Below are positions 26,324 through 35,270 of a stretch of 64,000 nucleotides of DNA, in pieces. How positions within the stretch are numbered: the first letter of the stretch is position 1; each line of letters begins with the position of its first letter. A program made the translations under genes and the position numbers. Source of the DNA: a virus (lineage: Duplodnaviria > Caudoviricetes); the IMG/VR virus record IMGVR_UViG_3300025449_000001, positions 2,516 to 66,515 of that record. One strand, given 5' to 3'. Under the pieces are notes generated by a model, which worked only from the letters and a program-made list of their open reading frames with translations, was not told the origin of the DNA and did no database searches.

Positions 26324-26493
26324 AAGTATTTATAAATGGTTTTATAGCAGACAAGCAACACGAAAACGATGACAATACATTTCAATTTGTAATGGATAGA
26401 ATCCAAGAATCCATGCGAGATGGTGTTTATGAAGGGTATTTAGAATCCTACCCATTTTATGCAGTTAATTTTTATATTAGGGAGGTTAAATAA
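26320..26493 (+). CDS. Small early hypothetical protein
   Basis: MKVFINGF...; ATGA overlap with the previous gene. Confidence 0.55.
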   Translation: MKVFINGFIADKQHENDDNTFQFVMDRIQESMRDGVYEGYLESYPFYAVNFYIREVK

Positions 26494-26690
26494 TGAACAA
26501 TCATATATTTTTATGTAAATGGAGCGAGGGAGATGAATCCCTTGTTCAATTAGTAGAATCCTCATTCTTTAGTGATTCTAATGGATATAAAGAATCAGAT
26601 ATTTTACTAATTGGAAAAATGCAAGTAGGTGATACCTTAGACTTGTCAGATGGAATTAGTCAATATCACGAAATACAAAAGTTAATATAA
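26493..26690 (+). CDS. Small acidic early protein
   Basis: GGAGG RBS; TAATG coupling. Confidence 0.6.
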   Translation: MNNHIFLCKWSEGDESLVQLVESSFFSDSNGYKESDILLIGKMQVGDTLDLSDGISQYHEIQKLI

Positions 26691-26714
26691 TAACATTCTT
26701 TAATAGGAGGTTTT

Positions 26715-26936
26715 ATGCAATACATTGTTAAACAAGTGAATGATCGATGGGACAATGGTTTTTATTACCAAGAAAAATCATTTGTGGATATTTGTAAGTA
26801 TTTTGAACCATTTGATGGTGAAGAGGACGAAGAAGTCGATTATATGATTGAGCAAATCGCAACGTTAAACGTTGATGAGTCATATATTCATAATTTTTTT
26901 GGTGATAATAGTTTTATGTTTAAACGTATTAGTTAA
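26715..26936 (+). CDS. Small acidic early protein
   Basis: AGGAGG RBS; D/E-rich (DGEEDEEVD). Confidence 0.6.
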   Translation: MQYIVKQVNDRWDNGFYYQEKSFVDICKYFEPFDGEEDEEVDYMIEQIATLNVDESYIHNFFGDNSFMFKRIS

Positions 26937-26946
26937 GGAGAAAAAA

Positions 26947-27333
26947 ATGGGTCGTTATTATTATGGTGATGTAGAGGGTAAGTTTTGGTTTGGTGTGCAG
27001 TCTTCAGACGATGGAGAATACTTTGGTGCAGTCGCTTGCGAACCAAACACCATTGACTATCACGTTGAAGATATTGAAAAGGTAAGAGAGGGGGTTGAAA
27101 ATTGTTTGGATAAACTCGGCAGCAATTGCAGTAAATTGACTGAATTTTTTAATAGTGTGGATGGATATAATGAATCCATGATTCAAGACTATTATAAAAC
27201 CCACTTTAATGAAGACATTGAAGAGAAAACCATTCGAGAATTATTATGCTGGTTTGCTCGCCTGGAATTAGGAACAAAGATTCTTAAATATATGGAAGAG
27301 CATGACGAATGCTATTTTACTGCTGAAATATAG
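26947..27333 (+). CDS. Conserved phage protein (MGRYYYGDVEGKFWFGVQSSDD)
   Basis: AAGGAG RBS before 26947. Confidence 0.7.
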   Translation: MGRYYYGDVEGKFWFGVQSSDDGEYFGAVACEPNTIDYHVEDIEKVREGVENCLDKLGSNCSKLTEFFNSVDGYNESMIQDYYKTHFNEDIEEKTIRELLCWFARLELGTKILKYMEEHDECYFTAEI

Positions 27334-27341
27334 GAGGTTTT

Positions 27342-27494
27342 ATGGAAGATTTTAGTATTTATTTTACTGTCATTGTGACAGATACAAGTGGTAATACCAT
27401 TACCGAGATTCGTGCCTCAAAGTTTTCTGATGAGGTTTTACATATGATTGTTGAAGAAACTGCAATGATTTTAAAAATGGAGGAAAGTAAATGA
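27342..27494 (+). CDS. Small early hypothetical protein (50 aa)
   Basis: Manual translation MEDFSIYFTV...; AGGAGG RBS. Confidence 0.55.
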   Translation: MEDFSIYFTVIVTDTSGNTITEIRASKFSDEVLHMIVEETAMILKMEESK

Positions 27495-27679
27495 CTAATG
27501 ATTTAAAAACAATAGCCAATAATGTATTTTATGATATGGAGGCGAAAAGTTATCCGAATGGTGACTCGGCTTATTCTGACTCACATCGAATCGCTTTTGT
27601 ATTAGGTTTTATGTATGGCTATCGATTCTTAAATGACAATGGAGAAAAGCATGAAGACAATTTACTTCGCTCGTTATGA
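27491..27679 (+). CDS. Small early hypothetical protein
   Basis: GGAGG RBS; ATGA overlap. Confidence 0.55.
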   Translation: MTNDLKTIANNVFYDMEAKSYPNGDSAYSDSHRIAFVLGFMYGYRFLNDNGEKHEDNLLRSL

Positions 27680-27878
27680 TTCAAGGAATTTTAGTTTTGA
27701 GGCTTATGGAATGTCTGCAGCAGAGGCTAAAAAAGTATTGCTTGACGGATTAAAAACACATACTGATCAATATAACCTTGAGGATGACTGGTGGTATCCA
27801 AGTGATGTGTTTGTTGGTGAATTTGTCTTGGATAAGTGCTATCGTGATGGCAGTTTAATTAAGAGGGAGGACGCATGA
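27651..27878 (+). CDS. Small early hypothetical protein
   Basis: MKTIYFARYDSRNFSFEAYG...; GGAG RBS. Confidence 0.6.
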   Translation: MKTIYFARYDSRNFSFEAYGMSAAEAKKVLLDGLKTHTDQYNLEDDWWYPSDVFVGEFVLDKCYRDGSLIKREDA

Positions 27879-28075
27879 CTCGAACAGAAATGATTAAGGC
27901 CTTGACTGAATATGAATTGCTATATTTACATTCCAATATTGAAGATATAGAGGCAGTCACCGATTTTTTTGCTACTGGTGGATATATGACCATGAAAACT
28001 AGCGTCATTGAAAGTATTTACAATTTTAAATTTAAGGGGGAAGTATGGAATTTAACACAAGTAGAGATGCAATAA
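27875..28075 (+). CDS. Small early hypothetical protein
   Basis: GGAGG RBS; ATGA overlap. Confidence 0.55.
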   Translation: MTRTEMIKALTEYELLYLHSNIEDIEAVTDFFATGGYMTMKTSVIESIYNFKFKGEVWNLTQVEMQ

Positions 28076-28377
28076 AATACCTTACTGAAAACAATTTGGA
28101 AGATATTCCAGTTAGCCTGGAATTGCATTTAAATAAAAAACCAAAGATTGAAGTTTGGTATGGCACATTTGAATTTGGTCGTTTTAATATAGGCACAGAT
28201 TATTTTGATATGTGTGTTATCAATGCCATTGATGAAAAAACATTGCTGGAAAATGATTCTGAAATTATTGAAAACTATATGCTGGATAATAGTTATGAGA
28301 GTTGGTTTATTCCATCAGAATGTAGTAATTTTGAGATTGTATATTCTGATCAATACGTGAGGGATAATAATCTATGA
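28045..28377 (+). CDS. Acidic early hypothetical protein
   Basis: 110 aa, E/D/N-rich. Confidence 0.55.
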   Translation: MEFNTSRDAIKYLTENNLEDIPVSLELHLNKKPKIEVWYGTFEFGRFNIGTDYFDMCVINAIDEKTLLENDSEIIENYMLDNSYESWFIPSECSNFEIVYSDQYVRDNNL

Positions 28378-28649
28378 AAAAAGCATTACTGTGTTTATTG
28401 TTTGCTTTAAATTGTAATGCTAAAGATTTAGCCTACGCAGATAATGTAATTGGTGGAATGACAGTATTAACTAATGGTGTTTGCCGTTATAATAGGGATA
28501 TGCTTGAGGCATATGCCACAAATGATAAAGATCAAAAGTTATATGCTTGTTATGTAATAGTTGATAACAATGTGTTTTTTGTTTTAAAGGATGGTTCAGT
28601 AAGAATGATGTTAAAAAAACAGTTTCAGTTAATGAAAGGTTCTGTATGA
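28374..28649 (+). CDS. Small exported protein (signal peptide)
   Basis: MKKALLCLLFALNCNAK N-terminus; two internal Cys. Confidence 0.55.
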   Translation: MKKALLCLLFALNCNAKDLAYADNVIGGMTVLTNGVCRYNRDMLEAYATNDKDQKLYACYVIVDNNVFFVLKDGSVRMMLKKQFQLMKGSV

Positions 28650-29884
28650 AATACTTATCAGTATGTAGTGGTGTCGAGGCCGCAACAGTTGCTTGGCACC
28701 AAATGGGATGGAGTCCAGTCGCATTTAGTGAGATTGAACCCTTCCCATCAGCAGTATTAGCACATCATTATCCCAATGTGCCTAATCTTGGGGATATGAC
28801 TAAATATAAGGAGTGGAATTTAAATGAATCAATTGATATCCTCGTTGGAGGAACCCCATGCCAATCTTTCTCAGTCGCTGGACTCAGAAAAGGACTCGAA
28901 GATCCAAGAGGCAACCTCGCTCTCACCTATATTGGAATTCTTGACAAGTTTAAGCCAAGATGGTGTATTTGGGAAAACGTTGCAGGTGTCCTCAGTTCAA
29001 ATGGAGGACGGGATTTTGGTTCCTTCCTCGGGGCGTTGGCTGAACTCGGGTATGGGTTCGCATACCGAGTGTTGGACTCACAATTTTTCGGAGTCCCACA
29101 AAGGAGGCGTCGAGTCTTTGTTGTCGGATGTCTTAATGGAGGGATCAGTGCATCCAAGGTTTTATTTGAGCCCGAAAGCTTGTTTGGGGTTGATAAGAAG
29201 AGCAGAAGAACGAAACAAACAACTTCCGCCTATGTTAAAAGTTGCTCTCCTACGGGTGATAGAACAATCGGAACTCTCTTTGCAAGAGATTACAAAGGAA
29301 TAGGTAATCAAGATCTAACTGATGGGAGGGGGCTAGTGCTCGAACCAATTTTTTACGAGAACCATCCAAATGATTCTAGGGTTAAAGAAATGGGCAACAC
29401 TTGCACTACTGTGACATCAAGGTGGGGCACTGGTGGTGGCAATGTGCCTTTTGTTCAAAAAGTAATTGCACTGGCAGAGAATACCATTGGTCGGCAACCA
29501 CAAAATGGTGGCAATGGTAATGGGTTTACCGAGGATGGTCCAATGTACACCTTAAATGCAACTGGTGTACATGGCGTGGCTTACGCTTTTGAGCCTGGCA
29601 TTGCTAAAAGAGAGGGAGAACCTAATCGTTTTGTTGAGGAATTATCACCAACATTACGAGCTAGTATGGGAGATAATCAAGTTGCAATGGCAAATCATAT
29701 GGCCGTAAGACGATTGACTCCTATTGAAACCGAACGCCTCCAAGGCTTTCCCGATGATTACACCAATATACCATGGCGTAATAAACTAGAATCACCCGAT
29801 GGTTTACGTTATAAGGCAATGGGGAACTCGATGACTGTTAATGTAATGCGATGGATTGGTCAGCGTATCTCAATGTTCAATTAA
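28646..29884 (+). CDS. dcm: DNA (cytosine-5)-methyltransferase
   Basis: Motifs I (SVCSGVE), IV (GGTPCQSFS), VI (ENV), VIII (QRRRRVF), IX (RRLTPIETERLQGFP) and X (YKAMGNS). Confidence 0.95.
   Translation: MKYLSVCSGVEAATVAWHQMGWSPVAFSEIEPFPSAVLAHHYPNVPNLGDMTKYKEWNLNESIDILVGGTPCQSFSVAGLRKGLEDPRGNLALTYIGILDKFKPRWCIWENVAGVLSSNGGRDFGSFLGALAELGYGFAYRVLDSQFFGVPQRRRRVFVVGCLNGGISASKVLFEPESLFGVDKKSRRTKQTTSAYVKSCSPTGDRTIGTLFARDYKGIGNQDLTDGRGLVLEPIFYENHPNDSRVKEMGNTCTTVTSRWGTGGGNVPFVQKVIALAENTIGRQPQNGGNGNGFTEDGPMYTLNATGVHGVAYAFEPGIAKREGEPNRFVEELSPTLRASMGDNQVAMANHMAVRRLTPIETERLQGFPDDYTNIPWRNKLESPDGLRYKAMGNSMTVNVMRWIGQRISMFN
28824..29303 (+). CDS. Overprinted ORF resembling the M.EcoHK31I beta subunit
   Basis: Alternate frame inside dcm with AAGGAG RBS; SLLSDVL...FYLSPKACLGLIRRAEERNKQLPPMLKVAL. 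Confidence 0.65.
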   Translation: MNQLISSLEEPHANLSQSLDSEKDSKIQEATSLSPILEFLTSLSQDGVFGKTLQVSSVQMEDGILVPSSGRWLNSGMGSHTECWTHNFSESHKGGVESLLSDVLMEGSVHPRFYLSPKACLGLIRRAEERNKQLPPMLKVALLRVIEQSELSLQEITKE

Positions 29885-30382
29885 TTTGTTATTTTTTGAA
29901 ATGTTTTCTGTAGCAGTTAGTATTTGTAAGTTCCAAGGCACATGTAGCCCACAAACTTCCTTTCCTTTTAGTGGAATAATGTGGTCTACATGGTGTTGAA
30001 CACCAGTTTGCTCAGATATCTTTAAGCAATTCTTATATATTTTAGTAATTTGTTTTTTGTGATCATCTGTTAGCCATTGTGGTGTGGCATTTAATTTAGT
30101 CGCTCTTCGTTTTGCTGCGTCGGAATAAATTTTATCTTTATGATTTTTTCTGTAATTCTTTTTTATTTTTTTAATTTTACATAAATTAGTTTTTCTATAA
30201 TTTGTACTTCTTTTAATGTTTTTTAATTGTAATTTTTTAAAAATTGTTGTGCAAACCCATCTTTCTCTAAAAAATCCATTCTTTTTTAATTCTGTTAATT
30301 TATAAGTTGAAAATACATAGCCATCCTCACGAATATCTCCATATTTAAAAGGCAAATTGGTCTTTGGATTGAGTCGTTTCAT
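29870..30382 (-). CDS. HNH homing endonuclease, antisense in the early region
   Basis: HHVDHIIPLKGKEVCGLHVPWNL...N..K.N. Confidence 0.9.
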   Translation of the reverse strand: MKRLNPKTNLPFKYGDIREDGYVFSTYKLTELKKNGFFRERWVCTTIFKKLQLKNIKRSTNYRKTNLCKIKKIKKNYRKNHKDKIYSDAAKRRATKLNATPQWLTDDHKKQITKIYKNCLKISEQTGVQHHVDHIIPLKGKEVCGLHVPWNLQILTATENISKNNKLIEH

Positions 30383-30411
30383 TGTGATACTCCAGTAAAG
30401 TAATTGATAGT

Positions 30412-30467
30412 AGAGGGTAAGTTCTTGTTACTGGCAAGAACAAGATTGTCGACATCCTGTCCCCTCT
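30412..30467 (-). ncRNA. Candidate structured 5' leader RNA (three-way junction), copy 1
   Basis: AGAGGG/CCCTCT, ACAGGAT/ATCTTGT and TCTTG/CAAGA stems; homologous to 31994-32048. Confidence 0.55.
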
Positions 30468-30473
30468 ATACTT

Positions 30474-30503
30474 ACTAATGCAAAAAGTCAAATAAATTCG
30501 CCC
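30474..30503 (-). promoter_or_regulatory. Phage late promoter motif (copy 5)
   Basis: GGGCG-N16-TGCATTAGT exact. Confidence 0.75.
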
Positions 30504-30555
30504 TAAATTTTATAATGTGGTATACTGTTGTTATTATACAACAGTTTGGAACTCC

Positions 30556-31122
30556 ATGATTGACAATGACATCCTTAGTGATTACCTACAATCATTGTAT
30601 GGTATAGAACCTCTAACAACAGAGGAAGAGCATGAACTTGCTAAAAAAATTCAACAAGGTGATGACGCAGCATTAAACAAATTGATCACCCATAACCTTC
30701 GATTTGTGGTGTATTTGGTTCGACAGATGACTGCCTGGAATCATAGTAATATGCCAGTTGAAGATATTATTGCTATTGGTAATGAGGCTTTACTGATCTC
30801 AGCAAAACGATGGAAACCCAAAAACAATTCTAAGTTTGCCACTTATGCAAAACCATTCATTCTTAAAGGTGTAAGAAGAGAACTGGATAATACAGAGAAT
30901 TTGATTCGTTTACCTATTAACATTAAACAAAACATTAAACGATTAAATTACACAGAAAGAAAATTATCTCAAATTTTAGGGCGGACTCCTAAAAACATCG
31001 AGTTAGCAGAAATGTTGGGCGTTTCTGAACAAAAAATATATGAATTAAAAAACTACATGGCAAGAGAGCCAATTTCCATTGATCACTTAAATACAGAAAG
31101 GTTTACAGATGAAGAGGATTGA
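30556..31122 (+). CDS. Sigma70-family sigma factor, regions 1.2-3 only (no region 4)
   Basis: YLQSL...LTTEEEHELA (1.2), LITHNLRFVVYL (2.1), DIIAIGNEALL..KFATYA (2.2-2.3), IRLP (2.4), LGRTPKNIELAEMLG (3); ends at EPISID..EED. Confidence 0.9.
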   Translation: MIDNDILSDYLQSLYGIEPLTTEEEHELAKKIQQGDDAALNKLITHNLRFVVYLVRQMTAWNHSNMPVEDIIAIGNEALLISAKRWKPKNNSKFATYAKPFILKGVRRELDNTENLIRLPINIKQNIKRLNYTERKLSQILGRTPKNIELAEMLGVSEQKIYELKNYMAREPISIDHLNTERFTDEED

Positions 31123-31417
31123 ACTAAATCCCGAACAAACAAAAGCTTACAATCGTTTTATATTAGCCAGAGATAGAATTAGGAAAAGTAAGAAATGGAT
31201 TAGGCCTTCTGAAATATCTCATGCAGTTGACGTGCAAGGATTGAACCATCCATTATTCGTCATCAATGACAATTATTTGGAGTACCAGGAGGCTTTTATG
31301 GAGTGGTTAAGGGTAGAGCCTCAGTTTAGGGAAAAACAGCGTATGCGAGCATCTAGAGGTGATTATGGGGTTCAAGATAATTGGGAAGAAAAAGAAACCA
31401 AGGTAGAAGAGTTATGA
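31109..31417 (+). CDS. Hypothetical protein
   Basis: 102 aa, coupled to the sigma gene. Confidence 0.6.
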   Translation: MKRIELNPEQTKAYNRFILARDRIRKSKKWIRPSEISHAVDVQGLNHPLFVINDNYLEYQEAFMEWLRVEPQFREKQRMRASRGDYGVQDNWEEKETKVEEL

Positions 31418-31614
31418 TTTCAGTCTATCCAGTTGATATTTATGACAAAAATGGTAATCTAACCAAAATAGAATATTATGATTCCGTATCCAAAGAGTTT
31501 GTTATCCAAGCGGAATGGGATGACAGAGAAGAGCAAATATCCAAAAATAGGGAGGAATTCAGAAAATGGTGCACTCTTATGCTAAAAAGACTAGGTTATG
31601 AAGTTTTGATATGA
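31414..31614 (+). CDS. Hypothetical protein
   Basis: MISVYPVDIYD...; ATGA overlap. Confidence 0.55.
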   Translation: MISVYPVDIYDKNGNLTKIEYYDSVSKEFVIQAEWDDREEQISKNREEFRKWCTLMLKRLGYEVLI

Positions 31615-31964
31615 TTGTTTTGTTTTTCTAACCATTCAGCTACTTTAATGATATCTTCATAGTTTGCATTACTTTTAATATAATTTGCCTTCATAGAAAT
31701 CCAAACAACATTACCTTCAACATATCCCAATTGGGGATTTATTCGATCCAATGAAGGAGAATTAAAATAAGCTGCACGAGGTCTTTCAGTGCTTTCCCTA
31801 ACCCACATCAAAGGGATATTAAAGACTGGGCAAAAATCTGTTGCTATAGATTTTAAATAAGATTGAGTTAAATTAAAAGGTAGGTTTTTTGCTTTTGCTC
31901 TTGCTTTAACAGTAGTAAGAATATTTTTTATTCTTCCGTTTTTAGTAGTTCCGTTCGTTGGCAT
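31596..31964 (-). CDS. His-Me finger (HNH-like, SLDRI type) endonuclease
   Basis: CPVF...PSLDRINPQLGYVEGNVVWISMKAN; start reassigned to MPTNGTT after GGAG. Confidence 0.8.
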   Translation of the reverse strand: MPTNGTTKNGRIKNILTTVKARAKAKNLPFNLTQSYLKSIATDFCPVFNIPLMWVRESTERPRAAYFNSPSLDRINPQLGYVEGNVVWISMKANYIKSNANYEDIIKVAEWLEKQNNHIKTS

Positions 31965-31993
31965 ATTGATACTCCGATAAGTAATTGATAGGT

Positions 31994-32048
31994 AGAGGGT
32001 AAGTCCTTGTATCGGCAAGGACAAGATTGTCGACATCCTGTCCCCTCT
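31994..32048 (-). ncRNA. Candidate structured 5' leader RNA (three-way junction), copy 2
   Basis: Same as copy 1 with compensatory CCTTG/CAAGG in P3. Confidence 0.55.
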
Positions 32049-32054
32049 ATATTT

Positions 32055-32084
32055 ACTAATGCAATAAATGAAAGAAATTCGCCC
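32055..32084 (-). promoter_or_regulatory. Phage late promoter motif (copy 6)
   Basis: GGGCG-N16-TGCATTAGT exact. Confidence 0.75.
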
Positions 32085-32109
32085 TCAATCCAAAAATAAA
32101 TTAAAATTT

Positions 32110-32328
32110 GTACCAGTAGTACCAGAAGTACCCCTTGTTTTTACTTTATCCTATATTTTCTTTTTTTCTTTTTTAAAAATAAAAATAAAAACGAAAGTAA
32201 GGGGTACTTCTGGTACTACTGGTACTCAACTTTTTTTATTTCTTTAATATTCAACAACTTAAAAGCACAATGTTTCACGGAATGTTTCACGAAAGGGGTA
32301 CAAATTTACAACAAAGGGGTACAAATTT
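32110..32328. repeat. Origin-like element copy B, immediately upstream of the primase-helicase gene
   Basis: Same 27-bp inverted repeat (32110-32136 / 32199-32225) and direct repeats as copy A. Confidence 0.85.
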
Positions 32329-32370
32329 CTAAAAAACGTGTATACTGATACTAAATTTAGAAAGGAACAT

Positions 32371-34695
32371 ATGGAAAAACCATCAGCACTACCAGTTAAT
32401 TTTTCAGAAATCCCTATGGAGCTGAAACAAATCCCACGATGGGTTTTATGGAACCATACCGAAGTGGGTAGTGAAGGGAATCGGCATTGGAGTAAAATCC
32501 CTTTTCAGACAGACGGCAAACAAGCAAAAGCAAATGATCCAAGCACCTGGACTGATTTTTTGTCCGTCCAGGCTGCGTATGAGAAAAATCCCAATCGATT
32601 CAGTGGCATAGGGTTTGTCTTTAGTGATGAAGACAACCTTATTGGTGTGGATTTGGATAAGTGTTATGACCAATCCAACGGTTTCACAAATGTTGCACTG
32701 CAACAAATTGCTGATTCGATTGATGGATACATGGAGGTATCGCCATCGGGTAAGGGTGTGAAGATATTCACAAGGGCAATGTTGCGTGTTGCCCACGTTG
32801 ATCATTCGATTGGATTTGAGTGCTACCCACATGGTAGGTATTTTACTGTTACGGGTCATCATATCAAAGGTGAGATTCCAACGACAGAGCAGAACATTGT
32901 GGATATTATTCCAGAGCGAATTGCCCACATCACTGGTGATGATTTTGCAGACTATAAACCACCCGTGCCCGAGTATGACTTGGCAAGAGTGGAGAGTGAA
33001 CTATTATCCCAATTATCACCCGAATGTGGGTATTTAGATTGGTTGAATATTGGACAAGCACTACATCACCAATTCAAAGGTGATTTAGAGGCGTGTGATT
33101 TGTGGGATAGGTGGTCGTATGCTGATGGTAATTATCCTAAATATGCAGAGTCGGGCAAGTATTCATGCACGGAGAAGTGGAGGTCTTTTAGACGAACTGC
33201 TGGTTCAACATTTACATTACGTTCACTTATTTTCAAAGTCAACCAAAAGCAAAGAAAGGAGGCATTGGAGCGTGGTGAAATCATTTTAGATAATGGTGCG
33301 ATGAACCATGCCAGGACATTTCTAGATGGTATGTATTCTAGTGAAGAAGGATACACATTGGTTCATTACGCTGATGAGTTTTATTCCCACGTCAACACCC
33401 ACTATGAAATTATTGAAGAGTTAACAGTCCGTTCTAAACTATATACCTTTTTGGATAAGTGTAAGAAGAGTGGGAAGAAAGGTGCGTTGGAGGCGTTTAA
33501 TCCATCACCAGCCAGTGTGTCTGCGGCCTTGGATGCTATTAAGTCACTTACCCATTTACCAAACCATGCCAACACAAAGCCACCGATTTGGTTAGAGAAG
33601 TATGCAGACAACCAACCCGATTCTAAGGATTTGATTTCCCTACAAAATGGCATATTTCACCTTAAAGACTATACTGTTCTGCCACATTCGTTAGGGTTCT
33701 TTACGCCCAACTCACTACCATTCCCCTATGATGCAAATGCAAAATGCCCCGAGTGGATGAAGTTTTTGAATTCAGTTTGGTCAGAAGATCAAGAATCGAT
33801 TGATTGTTTGCAAGAGATGATGGGTTATATTTTGAGTGGTGACACACGTCAACAAAAGTTTTTTAATATTATTGGCCCACGTCGTTCGGGTAAGGGGACG
33901 ATTAACAAAGTGCTGGTGGAGTTGTTAGGACAACACAATACAGTGGCACCACAATTGGAGGAACTCTGCGATACTTTCGGTCTTCAACCTTGGCTTGGCA
34001 AGTTACTCGCTTCTTTTACTGATGCAAGAGCACCTGAACGAAACCGCAGCGCGGTTGTGTCTCAGCTGCTACGTATTGTCGGTGGCGATACAGTTACTGT
34101 TAATCGAAAGAACAAGGAGGCATGGAACGGGTACCTGCCGACACGAATAGTTGTGTATTCAAACGAGGCATTACAGTTAACAGAAAACTCAAACGCTTTG
34201 ACGGGTCGTATGATTGTAATTAAGATGACAAAATCCTTTTTTGGTGATGAGGATACCGAACTGTATCCAAGATTGGCGAAGGAGTTGTCGGGTATTTTTA
34301 ACTGGGCCATGGAAGGGTTAAAACGTAGACTGGCAAGAGGTGGGCATTTTATTCAACCAAAATCAGGCAAACACCTATTAGAGTTGATGGCTGAGTTAGG
34401 TAACCCCATTGGTTCGTTTGTGGAGGATGTGTTAGAATTCCATCCAACCGACTCTGTCCCCAAAGATGATGTGTTTGCATGTTATAAGAGATGGGCATTG
34501 TCAAAATCGATACCCCCTGGAACGGAGCTTGCGTTTAAGAGAAGGTTTTTGGCTGCGACACAAGAGCATCAGATTGATGTGGATGTTGATCGTAGTAATG
34601 GTGGTCGAGTGCATATTTACAGAGGGGTGCGTTTGAATGAGAAAGCGAAAAGATATGTAGAGAGTATCCAATCTTTTACGGAGGATGTGTTTTGA
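32371..34695 (+). CDS. Primase-polymerase fused to PriCT-2 and D5-like SF3 helicase
   Basis: GVDLD..EVSPSGKGVKIF (AEP), WLNIGQALH..WDRWS (PriCT-2), IIGPRRSGKGT (Walker A). Confidence 0.9.
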   Translation: MEKPSALPVNFSEIPMELKQIPRWVLWNHTEVGSEGNRHWSKIPFQTDGKQAKANDPSTWTDFLSVQAAYEKNPNRFSGIGFVFSDEDNLIGVDLDKCYDQSNGFTNVALQQIADSIDGYMEVSPSGKGVKIFTRAMLRVAHVDHSIGFECYPHGRYFTVTGHHIKGEIPTTEQNIVDIIPERIAHITGDDFADYKPPVPEYDLARVESELLSQLSPECGYLDWLNIGQALHHQFKGDLEACDLWDRWSYADGNYPKYAESGKYSCTEKWRSFRRTAGSTFTLRSLIFKVNQKQRKEALERGEIILDNGAMNHARTFLDGMYSSEEGYTLVHYADEFYSHVNTHYEIIEELTVRSKLYTFLDKCKKSGKKGALEAFNPSPASVSAALDAIKSLTHLPNHANTKPPIWLEKYADNQPDSKDLISLQNGIFHLKDYTVLPHSLGFFTPNSLPFPYDANAKCPEWMKFLNSVWSEDQESIDCLQEMMGYILSGDTRQQKFFNIIGPRRSGKGTINKVLVELLGQHNTVAPQLEELCDTFGLQPWLGKLLASFTDARAPERNRSAVVSQLLRIVGGDTVTVNRKNKEAWNGYLPTRIVVYSNEALQLTENSNALTGRMIVIKMTKSFFGDEDTELYPRLAKELSGIFNWAMEGLKRRLARGGHFIQPKSGKHLLELMAELGNPIGSFVEDVLEFHPTDSVPKDDVFACYKRWALSKSIPPGTELAFKRRFLAATQEHQIDVDVDRSNGGRVHIYRGVRLNEKAKRYVESIQSFTEDVF

Positions 34696-34919
34696 GACAA
34701 TTTGTGCGTAGAAACGACTTTACAAAAATATTTGGTGGAATTGGTAGACGCCGCACCAAAAAATCAATAAACTATATCTTAAAGCCTAAAAGATTTCATT
34801 TAATGATGATTAGGCGTGGTCATATTGGTTGGCGTAACAAAACATGGAGTAGGTTGTCTTTATTAAAAATTCGTATAAGATTTGGTGTATATCCACCAGG
34901 TAAAAAGTTTAGGAGGTAG
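34692..34919 (+). CDS. Basic hypothetical protein
   Basis: R/K-rich 75 aa, overlaps the primase stop. Confidence 0.45.
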   Translation: MRQFVRRNDFTKIFGGIGRRRTKKSINYILKPKRFHLMMIRRGHIGWRNKTWSRLSLLKIRIRFGVYPPGKKFRR

Positions 34920-34920
34920 T

Positions 34921-35082
34921 ATGTATAAACTGTATGATGAAGATGGCGAGTATATGCGCTGGGTTAAGCGTAGAGAAGAAGCACAGGCTTTATTAGCAAC
35001 ACACCAAGGGTGGAAGGTTAAATATGTTAAAATTCCACGTAAGACAATTGATTTAAACCAATTTGAGGAGGCACCATTTTGA
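34921..35082 (+). CDS. Small hypothetical protein
   Basis: AGGAGG RBS; MYKLYDEDG...FEEAPF. Confidence 0.65.
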   Translation: MYKLYDEDGEYMRWVKRREEAQALLATHQGWKVKYVKIPRKTIDLNQFEEAPF

Positions 35083-35270
35083 TTGATCGTTTATATTTAG
35101 GGTTTGGCATTGTCACCCTGTTGTTTTGTATGTTTATTATATTTTTAACCGAACTGTCTAACAGAGAGACTACCAGACTCTTAAAGGCGTGTGAGTTAGC
35201 AGAAATAAGTGCCGACTTTACACCGCAAGAGAAGGCGCAGTGCAGAATATTAAGGAGGCAAGTGAGATGA
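35079..35270 (+). CDS. Small membrane protein
   Basis: N-terminal hydrophobic helix; CELAEISADF. Confidence 0.55.
   Translation: MIDRLYLGFGIVTLLFCMFIIFLTELSNRETTRLLKACELAEISADFTPQEKAQCRILRRQVR

Noticed and set aside
29870-30467. IscB/HEARO-type RNA-guided nuclease
   Set aside because: The HNH proteins lack RuvC and PLMP motifs, and the RNA is only about 55 nt. It is kept only as a structured leader candidate.
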